From positions 1 through 35,373 of the forward strand of contig JAUCBJ010008650.1 in assembly GCA_032718475.1 (NCBI GenBank): 35,373 bases of DNA, written 5' to 3'. Of this stretch, positions 23,137-33,889 are shown in pieces (positions within the stretch are counted from its first letter, which is position 1; each line of letters starts with the position of its first letter). The translations under genes were made by a program, and so were the position numbers. This DNA comes from Nemertoderma westbladi (Eukaryota > Animalia > Xenacoelomorpha). The notes beneath the pieces were generated by a model. The model did no database searches. It was not told where the DNA came from and saw only the letters and a list, made by a program, of their open reading frames with translations.

Positions 23137-25806
23137 ATATCTGCTACCCGAAGGTAGGGGTGGTCGCTACTCCTATCTGCTACCCGAAGGTCGGGGTGGT
23201 CGCTACTCCTATCTGCTACCCGAAGGTAGAGGTGGGCGCTACTCCTTTCTGCTACCCGAAGGTAGGGGTGGTCGCTACTCCTATCTGCTACCCGATGGTA
23301 GGGGTGGTCGCTACTCCTATCTGCTACCCGAAGGTAGGGGTGGGCGCTACTCCTATCTGCTACCCGAGCGTAGGGGTGGGCGCTACTCCTACCTACTACC
23401 CGAGGGTACGGGTGGGCGCTACTCCTATCTGCTACCCGAAGGTAGGGGTGGGCGCTACTCCTATCTGCTACCCGAGCGTAGGGGTGGGCGCTACTCCTAC
23501 ATACTACCCGAAGGTAGGGGTGGGCGCTACTCCTATCTGCTACCCGAAGGTAGGGGTGGGCGCTACTCCTATCTGCTACCCGAAGGTAGGGGTGGGCGCT
23601 ACTCCTATCTGCTACCCGAAGGTAGGGATGGGCGCTACTCCTACCTACTACCCGAGGGTACGGGTGGGCGCTACTCCTATCTGCTACCCGAAGGTAGGGA
23701 TGGGCGCTACTCCTACCTACTACCCGAGGGTACGGGTGGGCGCTACTCCTATCTGCTACCCGAAGGTAGGGGTGGTCGCTACTCCTATCTGCTACCCGAA
23801 GGTAGGGGTGGGCGCTACTCCTATCTGCTACCCGAAGGTAGGGGTGGGCGCTACTCCTATCTGCTACCCGAAGGTAGGGGTGGGCGCTACTCCTATCTGC
23901 TACCCGAAGATAGGGGTGGGCGCTACTCCTATCTGCTACCCGAAGGTAGGGGTGGGCGCTACTCCTATCTGCTACCCGAAGGTAGGGGTGGGCGCTACTC
24001 CTATCTGCTACCCGAAGGTAGGGGTGGTCGCTACTCCTATCTGCTACCCGATGGTAGGGGTGGTCGCTACTCCTATCTGCTACCCGAAGGTAGGGGTGGG
24101 CGCTACTCCTATCTGCTACCCGAGCGTAGGGGTGGGCGCTACTCCTATCTGCTACCCGAGAGTAGGGGTGGGCGCTACTCCTATCTGCTACCCGAAGGTA
24201 GGGGTGGGCGCTACTCCTATCTGCTACCCGAGCGTAGGGGTGGGCGCTACTCCTACCTACTACCCGAGGGTACGGGTGGGCGCTACTCCTATCTGCTACC
24301 CGAAGGTAGGGATGGGCGCTACTCCTACCTACTACCCGAGGGTACGGGTGGGCGCTACTCCTATCTGCTACCCGAAGGTAGGGGTGGTCGCTACTCCTAT
24401 CTGCTACCCGAAGGTAGGGGTGGGCGCTACTCCTATCTGCTACCCGAAGGTAGGGGTGGGCGCTACTCCTATCTGCTACCCGAAGGTAGGGGTGGGCGCT
24501 ACTCCTATCTGCTACCCGAAGGTAGGGGTGGGCGCTACTCCTATCTGCTACCCGAAGGTAGGGGTGGGCGCTACTCCTATCTGCTACCCGAAGGTAGGGG
24601 TGGGCGCTACTCCTATCTGCTACCCGAAGGTAGGGGTGGGCGCTACTCCTATCTGCTACCCGAAGGTAGGGGTGGGCGCTACTCCTATCTGCTACCCGAA
24701 GATAGGGGTGGGCGCTACTCCTATCTGCTACCCGAAGGTAGGGGTGGGCGCTACTCCTATCTGCTACCCGAAGGTAGGGGTGGGCGCTACTCCTATCTGC
24801 TACCCGAAGGTAGGGGTGGTCGCTACTCCTATCTGCTACCCGAAGGTAGGGGTGGTCGCTACTCCTATCTGCTACCCGAAGGTAAGGGTGGGCGCTACTC
24901 CTATCTGCTACCCGATGGTAGTAGTGGGCGCTACTCCTATCTGGTACCCGAGGGTAGGGGTGGGCGCTACTCCTATCTGCTACCCGAAGATAGGGGTGGG
25001 CGCTATTCCTATCTGCTACCCGAAGGTAGGGGTGGGCGCTACTCCTATCTGCTACCCGAGGGTAGGGGTGGGCGCTACTCCTATCTGCTACCCGAGAGTA
25101 GGGGTGGGCGCTACTCCTATCTGCTACCCGAGGGTACGGGTGGGCGCTACTCCTATCTGCTACCCGAAGGTAGGGGTGGGTGCTACTCCTATCTGCTACC
25201 CGAAGGTAGGGGTGGGCGCTACTCCTATCTGCTACCCGAAGGTAGGGGTGGGCGCTACTCCTATCTGCTACCCGAAGGTAGGGGTGGGCGCTACTCCTAT
25301 CTGCTACCCGAAGATAGGGGTGGGCGCTACTCCTATCTGCTACCCGAAGGTAGGGGTGGGCGCTACTCCTATCTGCTACCCGAAGGTAGGGGTGGGCGCT
25401 ACTCCTATCTGCTACCCGAAGGTAGGGATGGGCGCTACTCCTATCTGGTACCCGAGGGTAGGGGTGGTCGCTACTCCTATCTGCTACCCGAAGGTAGGGG
25501 TGGGCGCTGCTCCTATCTGCTACCCAAAGGTAGGGATGGGCGCTACTCCTATCTGCTACCCGAAGGTAGGGGTGGGCGCTACTCCTATCTGCTACCCGAA
25601 GGTAGGGGTGGGCGCTGCTCCTATCTGCTACCCAAAGGTAGGGATGGGCGCTACTCCTATCTGCTACCCGAAGGTAGGGGAGGGCGCTACTCCTTTCTGC
25701 TACCCGAAGGTAGGGGTGGACGCTACTCCTATCTGCTACCCGAAGGTAGGGGTGGGCGCTACTCCTATCTGCTACCCGAAGGTCGGGGTGGGCGCTACTC
25801 CTATCC
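23137..25806. repeat. 36-bp GC-rich minisatellite, ~74 copies, in predicted FoxJ1 intron 4
   Basis: Unit GCTACTCCTATCTGCTACCCGAAGGTAGGGGTGGGC; lies between the donor at 25847 and the acceptor at 22942. Confidence 0.97.
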
Positions 25807-25847
25807 CGCCTTCCAATATTTCTATATAATACCAACTTTAGACTAAC

Positions 25848-26110
25848 ATCTTTTCGCAGCGGTAAATTATCATCAAAAAACATTTCGCCACCTCCGCCGC
25901 TGTCTGCTGACGTTGTAATTTCTACAGGAGTTTCCATGGTGACCGGGTCCGATAAACTACCGGCGCAAACGCGAGTTCTAGAACGATAGAAATTACCCGG
26001 GGTATTGTCTCCATTTCCCAACCTAAGGGCAACTTCGTCGTCACGACAATGAACATCAGTTGCTATTTCTTTGGGAGGCATTTGGATTTCATTCTTTGAA
26101 ACTTTTGCCG
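25848..26110 (-). CDS. foxj1: FoxJ1-like, coding exon 4
   Basis: Acceptor TGTTTTGTAG|CG (phase 1, matches the exon 3 donor); reads AKVSKNEIQMPPKE...NLPLRKD; donor GAT|GTTAGT, phase 0, compatible with exon 5. Confidence 0.7.
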
Positions 26111-26300
26111 CTACAAAACATTAATTAAATTAATTAATTGAACAGGATGTGATGGTTGATTAGTTTCTGTTAAAGGAAACTCGAAACGATATATTATTAT
26201 TATAAAGCAAACCTACTACAGTTGTACTTATCCCTTAATGTATGAAATTCTCAAATTAAGTTCAGTAATTCTTCTTCCAAGTTTCCCATATTTTTCTCAC

Positions 26301-26493
26301 CAATAGGAATGGTTCCGCATTGTTCCTTCCCCTCCATATAACTTAATATCCTTTTCCTATTATTCGTGTGACACAGAATGGAAGTATCGTAACCGGATTT
26401 GATGGTCCAGAATCCGCCCTTCCCCCGTTCTGACTGGCCGCGCGGGACTTTAACGAAACATTTGTTGAGACTGAGATTGTGTCGCACTGAATT
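26301..26493 (-). CDS. foxj1: FoxJ1-like, coding exon 3 (forkhead helix 3 and wings)
   Basis: Acceptor CTTTCTTCCAG|AAT; [31 protein letters not shown] has the FoxJ1-type KGGFW; donor ATTG|GTGAGA, phase 1. Confidence 0.92.
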
Positions 26494-26591
26494 CTGGAAG
26501 AAAGAAAGTAACCAAAAATTAATAAAATTTCCTGCTCATTTCTCCCCATTTTGCGTTTAGGAATTTTTTTCCGATATTTTTTAGTACCTAC

Positions 26592-26843
26592 CCTCCAGGA
26601 GTCGGTGTGTCGGAAGTAGGCGAAATTGTTTGTGAGGTAATTGTAAATATCTGAGAGGGTCATCTTATCCTTTCCTGTTGACTGTATCGCCATACATATG
26701 AGTACAGAGTAAGAGAATGGAGGTCGAAACATCTTATTTTTGTAGATATCAATATCCGGGTGTTGGTTCCCGGAATAAGTTCGATTTGTTGTCTTTAAAC
26801 TTTCGCCGAAAGTTGTTGCTGTTTCCAATAATTTAGGTTTTAC
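26592..26843 (-). CDS. foxj1: FoxJ1-like, coding exon 2 (forkhead N-terminal half)
   Basis: Acceptor TTTTAAG|GTA; RPPFSYSVLICMAIQSTGKDKMTLSDIYNYLTNNFAYFRHTDSWR (LICMA is FoxJ1-like); donor AGG|GTAGGT, phase 0, then a 98-bp intron before NSVRHNLS. Confidence 0.92.
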
Positions 26844-27481
26844 CTTAAAATTAAAATACAAATTAATTATTTAAATTGGATTCTCTCAGTTTTGTTTTGT
26901 TTTTTTTTTACTCGAAACTAGAAAAATACAGTGTAGAAAACATCGAGTTTTATACCTCTAGTCTACTGTGTAATCACATAATGAGTTTATTTCAGTTTTC
27001 GTAACTCTAATTTTCGCTCTATATAACAGCACCTCTACAGTATTTACACTCACGGTAGATTAATTACGAATTAAGTCTCGAAATGTAGTTTTTACTGCGA
27101 AGCGTAAATTTGGGTAAATATCAATAGTTTCCTAAACCGATTGCCAAATACGCTTTCCCATTGAGCTAAAACCATGAAAATTTACAGATACATTGTCAAT
27201 AAGACCATCTAATGTTATTTATAATGTTGGCGCCATAAAATAGATTGGCAATCTATTATACTGTACATAACGTATTAATAATTTATTAGTATGTTTAACT
27301 TATTATACAAACTACATAGACTGTAAATTATTACTGTATCTGAAAACGCGACTTTGAATGAAAAACTAAATGAAGATAAAAAGCGAATTGAAATGAATAA
27401 GCGAATTCATTTTATTTTATAGTTTTCATTCAAAGTCGCGTTTATATTAATAACATGTATAAAGAATATATCGCTCTGTAC

Positions 27482-28351
27482 CTTATCGTTATCCCTAGCG
27501 GAGCTATCCAGTGTGATAGCCTGCAGCCATTGCAGACTGGTTAGACTAGATTGTAACGCAGACTCATCGGAGGAATTTACAGGCGAGTCGAGGCATCCGC
27601 CATTATTATTGCACTCGGTGCTAAATTCGTCGCCCAGGGGCGCATCCATAGAAGCAACCGGATTATCGTAATTACTTTCAGTTTGGAAATTGGAATCGAA
27701 ATCATTGTCGCATTCAGTTCCTTCTATTTTAACAGCTGGTATATTTCCATATGGTGTATCAAATCCATTTACAGATTTACAAATAGATTTATTCTGCAGG
27801 CAGTAGTTGTCTCGACTTCTTTCGTCAGCATGTATTCCCGATGCTTGCTGGTATCCTGGGTTACCGGTGCAGGAATTGACTGGTGCCGTTGCATAATGTG
27901 GAAGTTCATTAACCATCTTATTATTGTTATTAATAGTGTTGTATTCGCAAACCTCCCTGTAGCGATGTTCAGGGGCGTACGATTGTATGGGTTCCGCGTT
28001 GTAATGCTGTGTTTGCAGTTGCAGACTGGGTGGTCGAGGACAGGAAGGCCTGTATCGGTCGTTGTGATAGACATACTGTCTCTCGGTTGGGCATCCTTGG
28101 TGCTCCAACCCGTTAGCTATTAATTCTTTATTTTGATGAAATTGATCCAGGTTTCGCGACGCACATGAAGAATTTTGGTGTAGATTTTCCCATTTCTGCG
28201 CGCGGAAATTATACTCGTTACAACGTGTCACATATGGAGTGGAGTTACCATGGTTACTCAGACGATGAGTTTCTCGGTGGTACGTTTGTGTGTTATATTC
28301 AGGCGAAGTGGTGAGATGTGTATCGCTGAAAGGTCTCGCATACATGATCAT
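27482..28351 (-). CDS. foxj1: FoxJ1-like, coding exon 1
   Basis: 290 open codons containing SSLTSLQWLQ, the FoxJ1 N-terminal motif; donor AAG|GTACAG, phase 0; acceptor TTTACAG 4 nt upstream of the ATG implies a non-coding first exon. Start codon choice is uncertain. Confidence 0.8.
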
Positions 28352-28935
28352 AATACTGTAAACTGTAACTACATATAAGTTTATTTGTTTTTTAGGTTAG
28401 GGTTAGTTGGACAGCTTATAATTATCCAGTAATTGAACCCTACCGGTAACTCTAAGTCATTTTATCAAATAAATGTTATGGAATTTCGGAATTATTGCTA
28501 TTCCGTAAGGACCACATAAAACTAAAAGGAGATAAAAGGAGATGATGTTGAAAAAATATATTTTTAACTATAGTTCGTTTCGTTAATTACGGATACCGGT
28601 TACATATAGGCCTAATTAACAGCACCCATCAGAGTAAGGGTACCCAATTAATTTTAATATGTTTAACTGGCTAAGTGCCAACATTGTCAATAATCCTAAA
28701 ATAATTGTACAGTACTATATTGACCTACTTCTAAGTACTTAGACATAGAAATACATTTAATGTAATTTATTAGGCCCCCTTACTAACTGTTAAAATAATT
28801 AATTAACGAAACGAACTACAGAACTAGTAAAAAAATAATAATAAATCTAGCATATACATTGGAAATATGTAACAATTGTATTTTAAACTATGTTTAACGT
28901 ACCGATACCGGTAAGTCTGCACAACCTAACCCCAA

Positions 28936-29055
28936 CCTACCATAGCAATAAGTCAGCGGGAATTTGTTTGTGTAGTTGCTAGGCAAAGGATTGGCTTTCC
29001 ATCAAATTGGTAGGTATTGGTTAACTTAAAATGTGGTAACTAAGCAACGATGACG
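28936..29055. promoter_or_regulatory. Candidate bidirectional ciliary promoter core (RFX X-box-like x3, CCAAT x3, forkhead site)
   Basis: CCTACCATAGCAAT 28936-28949, GTTGCTAGGCAAA 28975-28987, GGTAACTAAGCAAC 29035-29048; ATTGG at ~28990, 29006, 29016; TGTTTGT (reverse RYAAAYA) 28965-28971; TGACG at 29051. Confidence 0.65.
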
Positions 29056-30186
29056 CTTTACACTTTCTATGTGTTAACAGTAAAAGTTACAGCAGTACTT
29101 ACCGGTAGGCTTATGCTACAGTTACTTACAGTCAGATATCACTGCTGTAATACATATATGCAACTGCAACACTGTAGTCATCATGTCTGTAGGCCGATAG
29201 ATACTACAGTACCGGTATATAAGGAGGATAGAGCAATGAGGTTCAGGGTGTCAGTCTGTAATTTACTCTACAGTTGCACATTGCGGTACCATATTGTAAT
29301 GGCTACCCGAAGAGGGAAGGAGTACGGTACTAATTGACATTACAGCATTACTTATTGCGTAGATTACTGTTTTATTGAGTCAATTTCAATTCCATGTTAC
29401 TCTCGACAGATTTTTCTGAGAATACAGAGTATGTGGTGAATAGGCAAAAATATTAACTGCAGTATGATTGACTGGGGCTTCAAGTTGGTGGAGGGATGTA
29501 TGCCCAATATGTTACAAATTATCGGAGAAAACTATTGTATTTAATTTAATTGGTTTGGTGCTTTAATGTTTGAGGTGTGCGCGCCCACTGGTTATGGTTT
29601 TCTACCTTTTTAGTAGAGTTGAAGTTGTACACTGTACATCTGTTGGCCTAAGTACCTGTTCGGTGTTTCATTTTGAGAAAGCATACGGGTTGACCCCGTG
29701 GTAGACTAGTTTGTTTCATTTACTTTGACTTGGATTTTGCCCTAATCCTAAAGATATATCATTTTTCGTAACTTCTCTTGGAGTAAACGCTAGGCCTACA
29801 CATACACCTAGAGTACCACTACACACAATCTATTTCTAGGCATAGGTTTACTGTAGTAAAGAAACAAATTACAGAGGCAGTTGAAACTCTTGAAAGGAAC
29901 TAAAACAATAAACGAGAGTTAGTAATATTGTTTATCCTGAGGGAAACGAAATAGAAATGAGAACTACTATGTAACCGGTAGACTTTATAGGCTCCCGGGT
30001 ACATTCAGCCATTCAGGTGTACTGAAGACGTAGGCGTAGCGTTTTCACACTTCTCTCTAGTTACCCACTGGAGTGGCGGCCAGTTCATTTTACCAAAAAA
30101 AACTGTAGCAGATAGCCTAGGCCTACTGTACTACTTCATCACTGTTATTGATTCTTAGCTTTCTTATGAAACGTTTATAGAATATT

Positions 30187-30264
30187 ATGGGAGACGCACC
30201 AGAAGGAAAAAAAGAGGAAGGGGGTCAGGATTTGAGAAGATTACATAGTTACCCATTAATTCGG
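30187..30264 (+). CDS. DNAL4: Dynein axonemal light chain 4, coding exon 1
   Basis: MGDAPEGKKEEGGQDLRRLHSYPLIR|GTTAGT, similar to the recalled human N-terminus MGETEGKKDEADYKRLQTFPLVR; acceptor TTTATAG 6 nt before the ATG. Confidence 0.9.
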
Positions 30265-31416
30265 GTTAGTAGTGATAATTTTCTAAAATAATAATAATAT
30301 TATTGATTATTTATAACATCTAATAGAATACCTCGATTATCCATGCGCTCTGGCACAGATCTAGAACTCAAAATCCCGCGATATAAATACAAAACTATGG
30401 GCTAACAAGAATACCCAAGACCACCGAGGTCAATACAAGTCTACTTGGTGCCATTCTGGTGCCCTAGAACGAAAATTACAAGTAGCGCCTTGCCGCCTTG
30501 GATAAGGTATATGACCAGACATTTGGCCAATCTCTGGAGGGTTTGCAGTCTCCTGGGCTGTAATGTTGAGGTTTGGGCGGTAATCTTCAAGGAATTCCCT
30601 CCCAGTAGTAGCTACAGTAGTACACACAAAGATAATTGGTTTGGCTTGCAGAGACCCGACCCACCTAATATAACAGCAATACTTTACAAATAGAATAGCC
30701 CCATGGTTGATGCTTTACCATTACATAGGTTGTTAGTGGTCTTTCAGTTCAGGTAAAGCAAGGTCATGCGTTTACTGTTCCTACAATGTATAGTCAGCCT
30801 ATAAAGCCATACTGTTGATCTATTACGCCAAGGTGATACCCCCCCAAATAGCAAATCTAAAAAAGAGCCGAATTTGTAGGGTAAATATCGCATTAAGTTT
30901 CTTTGGAACAATAATTAATATATACACTGTACTACCGGTAATATACCGGTCGGTACATTATTATTTCAGTAAATATTTCTGACAGTTCACTTAATTATAC
31001 AGTTTCAGGAGTTTCGGTCCGTTTCGTAGGAGCTGTTAACAACAGGTTTGATCTTTTGTGAATTCAAATTTCCCGCGTCTGAGTGGCATTTTTGAAGAAC
31101 ATACCTGTTTTTAACGATTACGGTCTACCCTTGGTCTTAGAATAACACCTGCCTATGATAATGTACTGTAGGTAACTGCTTAAGTGGAATTTATATATGC
31201 AATGTTGATCAACGGCGTGGTGATAGACCTTCACAAAGTCTGGTACTACGCCGATATTTTCTCATAAATCCTACAGTATGGAATGTTTTCATTTAAATGG
31301 GACAGTTTGTGGCGTCGTGTAATTTCACGTTCCGCCGCTAGGTGGTGCTAAATACTGGTATTGGTATTATTTATTTGTGTCAAAAGAGTTTGTATCCATC
31401 GGCCTCGATATCCATG

Positions 31417-31790
31417 AACTCGGCCGCTCGATTAGTCGCAGGTGTAAAGAAGAGAGACCGCACATAAGTGGTTACCAGTACACTGCCGAATCAAATATAA
31501 AATCGCGGTAATAACTTATAAATGCATACATGGGACAGCACCGGCGCGGCATATCTCTCGAAACGCCTGAACCCGTAGGCCTACACACCGTCTATAAATC
31601 TACGGTCTAGCGAGTGCTGACTGCTAGCGATCCCACGATATCGGCTTAATCACTACGGAAAGCGAGCGTTCTCGGTGTCGGCCCCCTACTATTTGGAATT
31701 CGCTTCCACAACAACTGCGCGAAGCTCAATCTCTAGCAATTTTAAAAGTAAATTAAAAACGCATCTTTTTAACCTAGAATATAATAATTT
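31417..31790 (+). mobile_element. Decayed L2-clade LINE 3' fragment
   Basis: Frameshifted translation NSAARLV...WLPVHCRIKYKIAVITYKCIHGTAP..YLS...YTPSINLRSS...YGKRAFSVSAP/TIWNSLPQQLREAQSLAIFKSKLKTHLF, the typical L2 ORF2 C-terminus. Confidence 0.85.
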
Positions 31791-32173
31791 ATAATGTTAT
31801 GTAGGGGTAAAGAAATTATTCTTAATCAATAGTTTTTTTTTAATTTTTAAATCCGTCATTTTGCCAATTTGTCTGTCATTAGATATTTGCGAACAAAGGA
31901 TTGCGTCTACGTGGTTTAAATCAAAATTTTCGGATTCCTCGTAAAATTTTGAGTCAGAAAGGGCAGAAACTGTCGTTCTAGCCCATAGGGTCTTGCAAGA
32001 AGAAAAATATACATATCGTAAAACTTTAAATGCGTTTTTCACAGAACGCATTTTTTTGATATAATCCGTTTCTACTTTCACACGCCACAAATTCATTTAT
32101 ATACAAATATTAACACAAATAATAACAAACAGTTACATAATGTATTTACTACTGTATTTCCAACTGACTATAA

Positions 32174-33239
32174 CTAGAAAGCCAGCAAGCTGGCTGGAAG
32201 GAGCCCGGGGGAAAAATCCTAGCCAAGACTATTACAAAGAACTATGTCAGTCAGCAGTAAGTAAACTAAAATTGTCTAAACTGCAAGGCGTGAGGCTAGC
32301 TGACTTTGTGGCTCGCCCCACATAATAAAAAATGCAACTTAGCTACCACTAACAAAAATATAATATGAAGCGAATAATTTCATTATCAAGAACGTTTACA
32401 AGATATAAGATGCGATTACCGAATATTTATAAAAAATGCCCATGATGCACAACCAGATAAATAACAACGAATAGAGCCAAATAACAAATTTAGTTTCCTT
32501 CTATAGGTATTACCCCGTCGTCAAGCGGAATATCTCTTCCCAGTGAATTCTATGTGAATATGTAATATATGTACTCCTTAGGCGGTAGGCCAGAGCGGGC
32601 TCCTTAAATACATGCAACTACTGTATTATAGTGTAGGTCAACTATAAAACATTTTGCAATCCACAGTGAGTATCGACTGCAATATGACACAACACACTGC
32701 TTTGTGTAACTAAAATTCATTCTCCTGATCCTGATCCACCCCCTAACATAGCAGAGTGAGTAACCTTATTGTAGATATACCCTTAGGAAGCACTGGGAGA
32801 GCAATCAGCTTATGGGGTAATACATTAGAAACCAACAGCTTATGTGTGAGTAAACATTGCCTTTCCTTATAGCCTACTAGTAAAACTTGGCAACCAACAC
32901 GTTTTTCTATGACTGTGTATAACATATTAAGCCATATTTCATCATGAACACCAGCTGTTATTTTACCATTGCTTTTAATTTCGCGACAAAACAATGTCAA
33001 AAAACTAAATATATCGAATACCACACATAGAATCGATCTGAAATTTTGTAACGCGATTATGAACCACCAAAGCAATGTACTTGCAAAATTTCATCAAAAT
33101 CGCCAGGCAGGAAGTGCCTTAACCTAGATAAATGTCAGTCAGTCAGTATGTCAGTCAGTGTAATGTATCCTGAGATTTTTTACAGAAAGTATCCCTGAGA
33201 TTCTTACAGTAAGTATCCCGCTGTCAAGCGGGCTCCTAA
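32174..33239 (-). mobile_element. Non-autonomous Helentron-type element, family C, possibly composite, in the DNAL4 intron
   Basis: On minus: 5' TTAGGAGCCCGCTTGACAGCGGG (hairpin), TTACTGTAAGAA, (CTGA)n, CGATTTTGATGAAATTTT as in families A and B; 3' subTIR CGGGCTCCT, hairpin AGCCAGC-TT-GCTGGCT, CTAG. An extra subTIR-like copy lies at ~32595-32606. Confidence 0.8.
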
Positions 33240-33616
33240 TAAAGTGTTTCCTTTCAATATCTCCAGGTTTTCGTAATACCTTTATTATAAAACAATTTAT
33301 GTCAACTAAATCAAATAACATATGACTAGAACATATATACTAAAATCCGATTGTGAATCGATTTAGTTAGACTTTGAAATATATTCTTTGTAACAGTTTG
33401 GGTAATAAAATAATTTTCCTCGGATTTGATCATAGGTTACTTTCTTATCGTACCAATGATTTATATAACTATTTACTACTTATCATACTGTACACCCCAA
33501 AGGCGGCGCCTGTAGTAGAAGGCCTATAGATGGCGCCTAAATCAGGAAGGTCCATCACATGAGCCGCCATTAACTGAATATGTCCAGATACAGCACGGAT
33601 TCTATTCTGTTTGCAG

Positions 33617-33700
33617 CATTCCGATATGAACGAAGAAATGCGAACGGAAGCGATGGAGTTGTGCGTTACTGCTTGCGAAAAGTTTTCCTCCAGCAACGAG
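33617..33700 (+). CDS. DNAL4: Dynein axonemal light chain 4, coding exon 2 (remaining exon(s) outside the window)
   Basis: TTTGCAG|HSDMNEEMRTEAMELCVTACEKFSSSNE|GTTAGT; 84 nt, phase 0/0; near-identical to recalled human HSDMPEEMRVETMELCVTACEKFSNNNE. Confidence 0.95.
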
Positions 33701-33889
33701 GTTAGTAGGTAGGCCTAGAAGACCAGGTAAATGTGCGTGTCGTTGGTGGTATGTATAGTATATATAGTGTGTTACCGTTACCGTCGGCCCACCCCACAGC
33801 AGTACAGCCCAGACGGATTTTATTATTACTGTATTAGAGATACTAATCACTGCTCACTACTCACTACTCACTGCTGGCTCGTATGGTGC

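Noticed and set aside
23019-25829. 936-aa plus-strand ORF (PICYPKVGVGAT)n
   Set aside because: Stop-free frame of the 36-bp minisatellite antisense to FoxJ1; no unique domain.
28908-28916. CCG|GTAAGT as the DNAL4 5' UTR donor
   Set aside because: Overlaps a TACCGGTA palindrome and lies on the wrong side of the promoter core; cannot be supported without transcripts.
30430-30693. Short ORFs in a GC-richer patch of the DNAL4 intron
   Set aside because: No recognisable motif; probably a decayed repeat.
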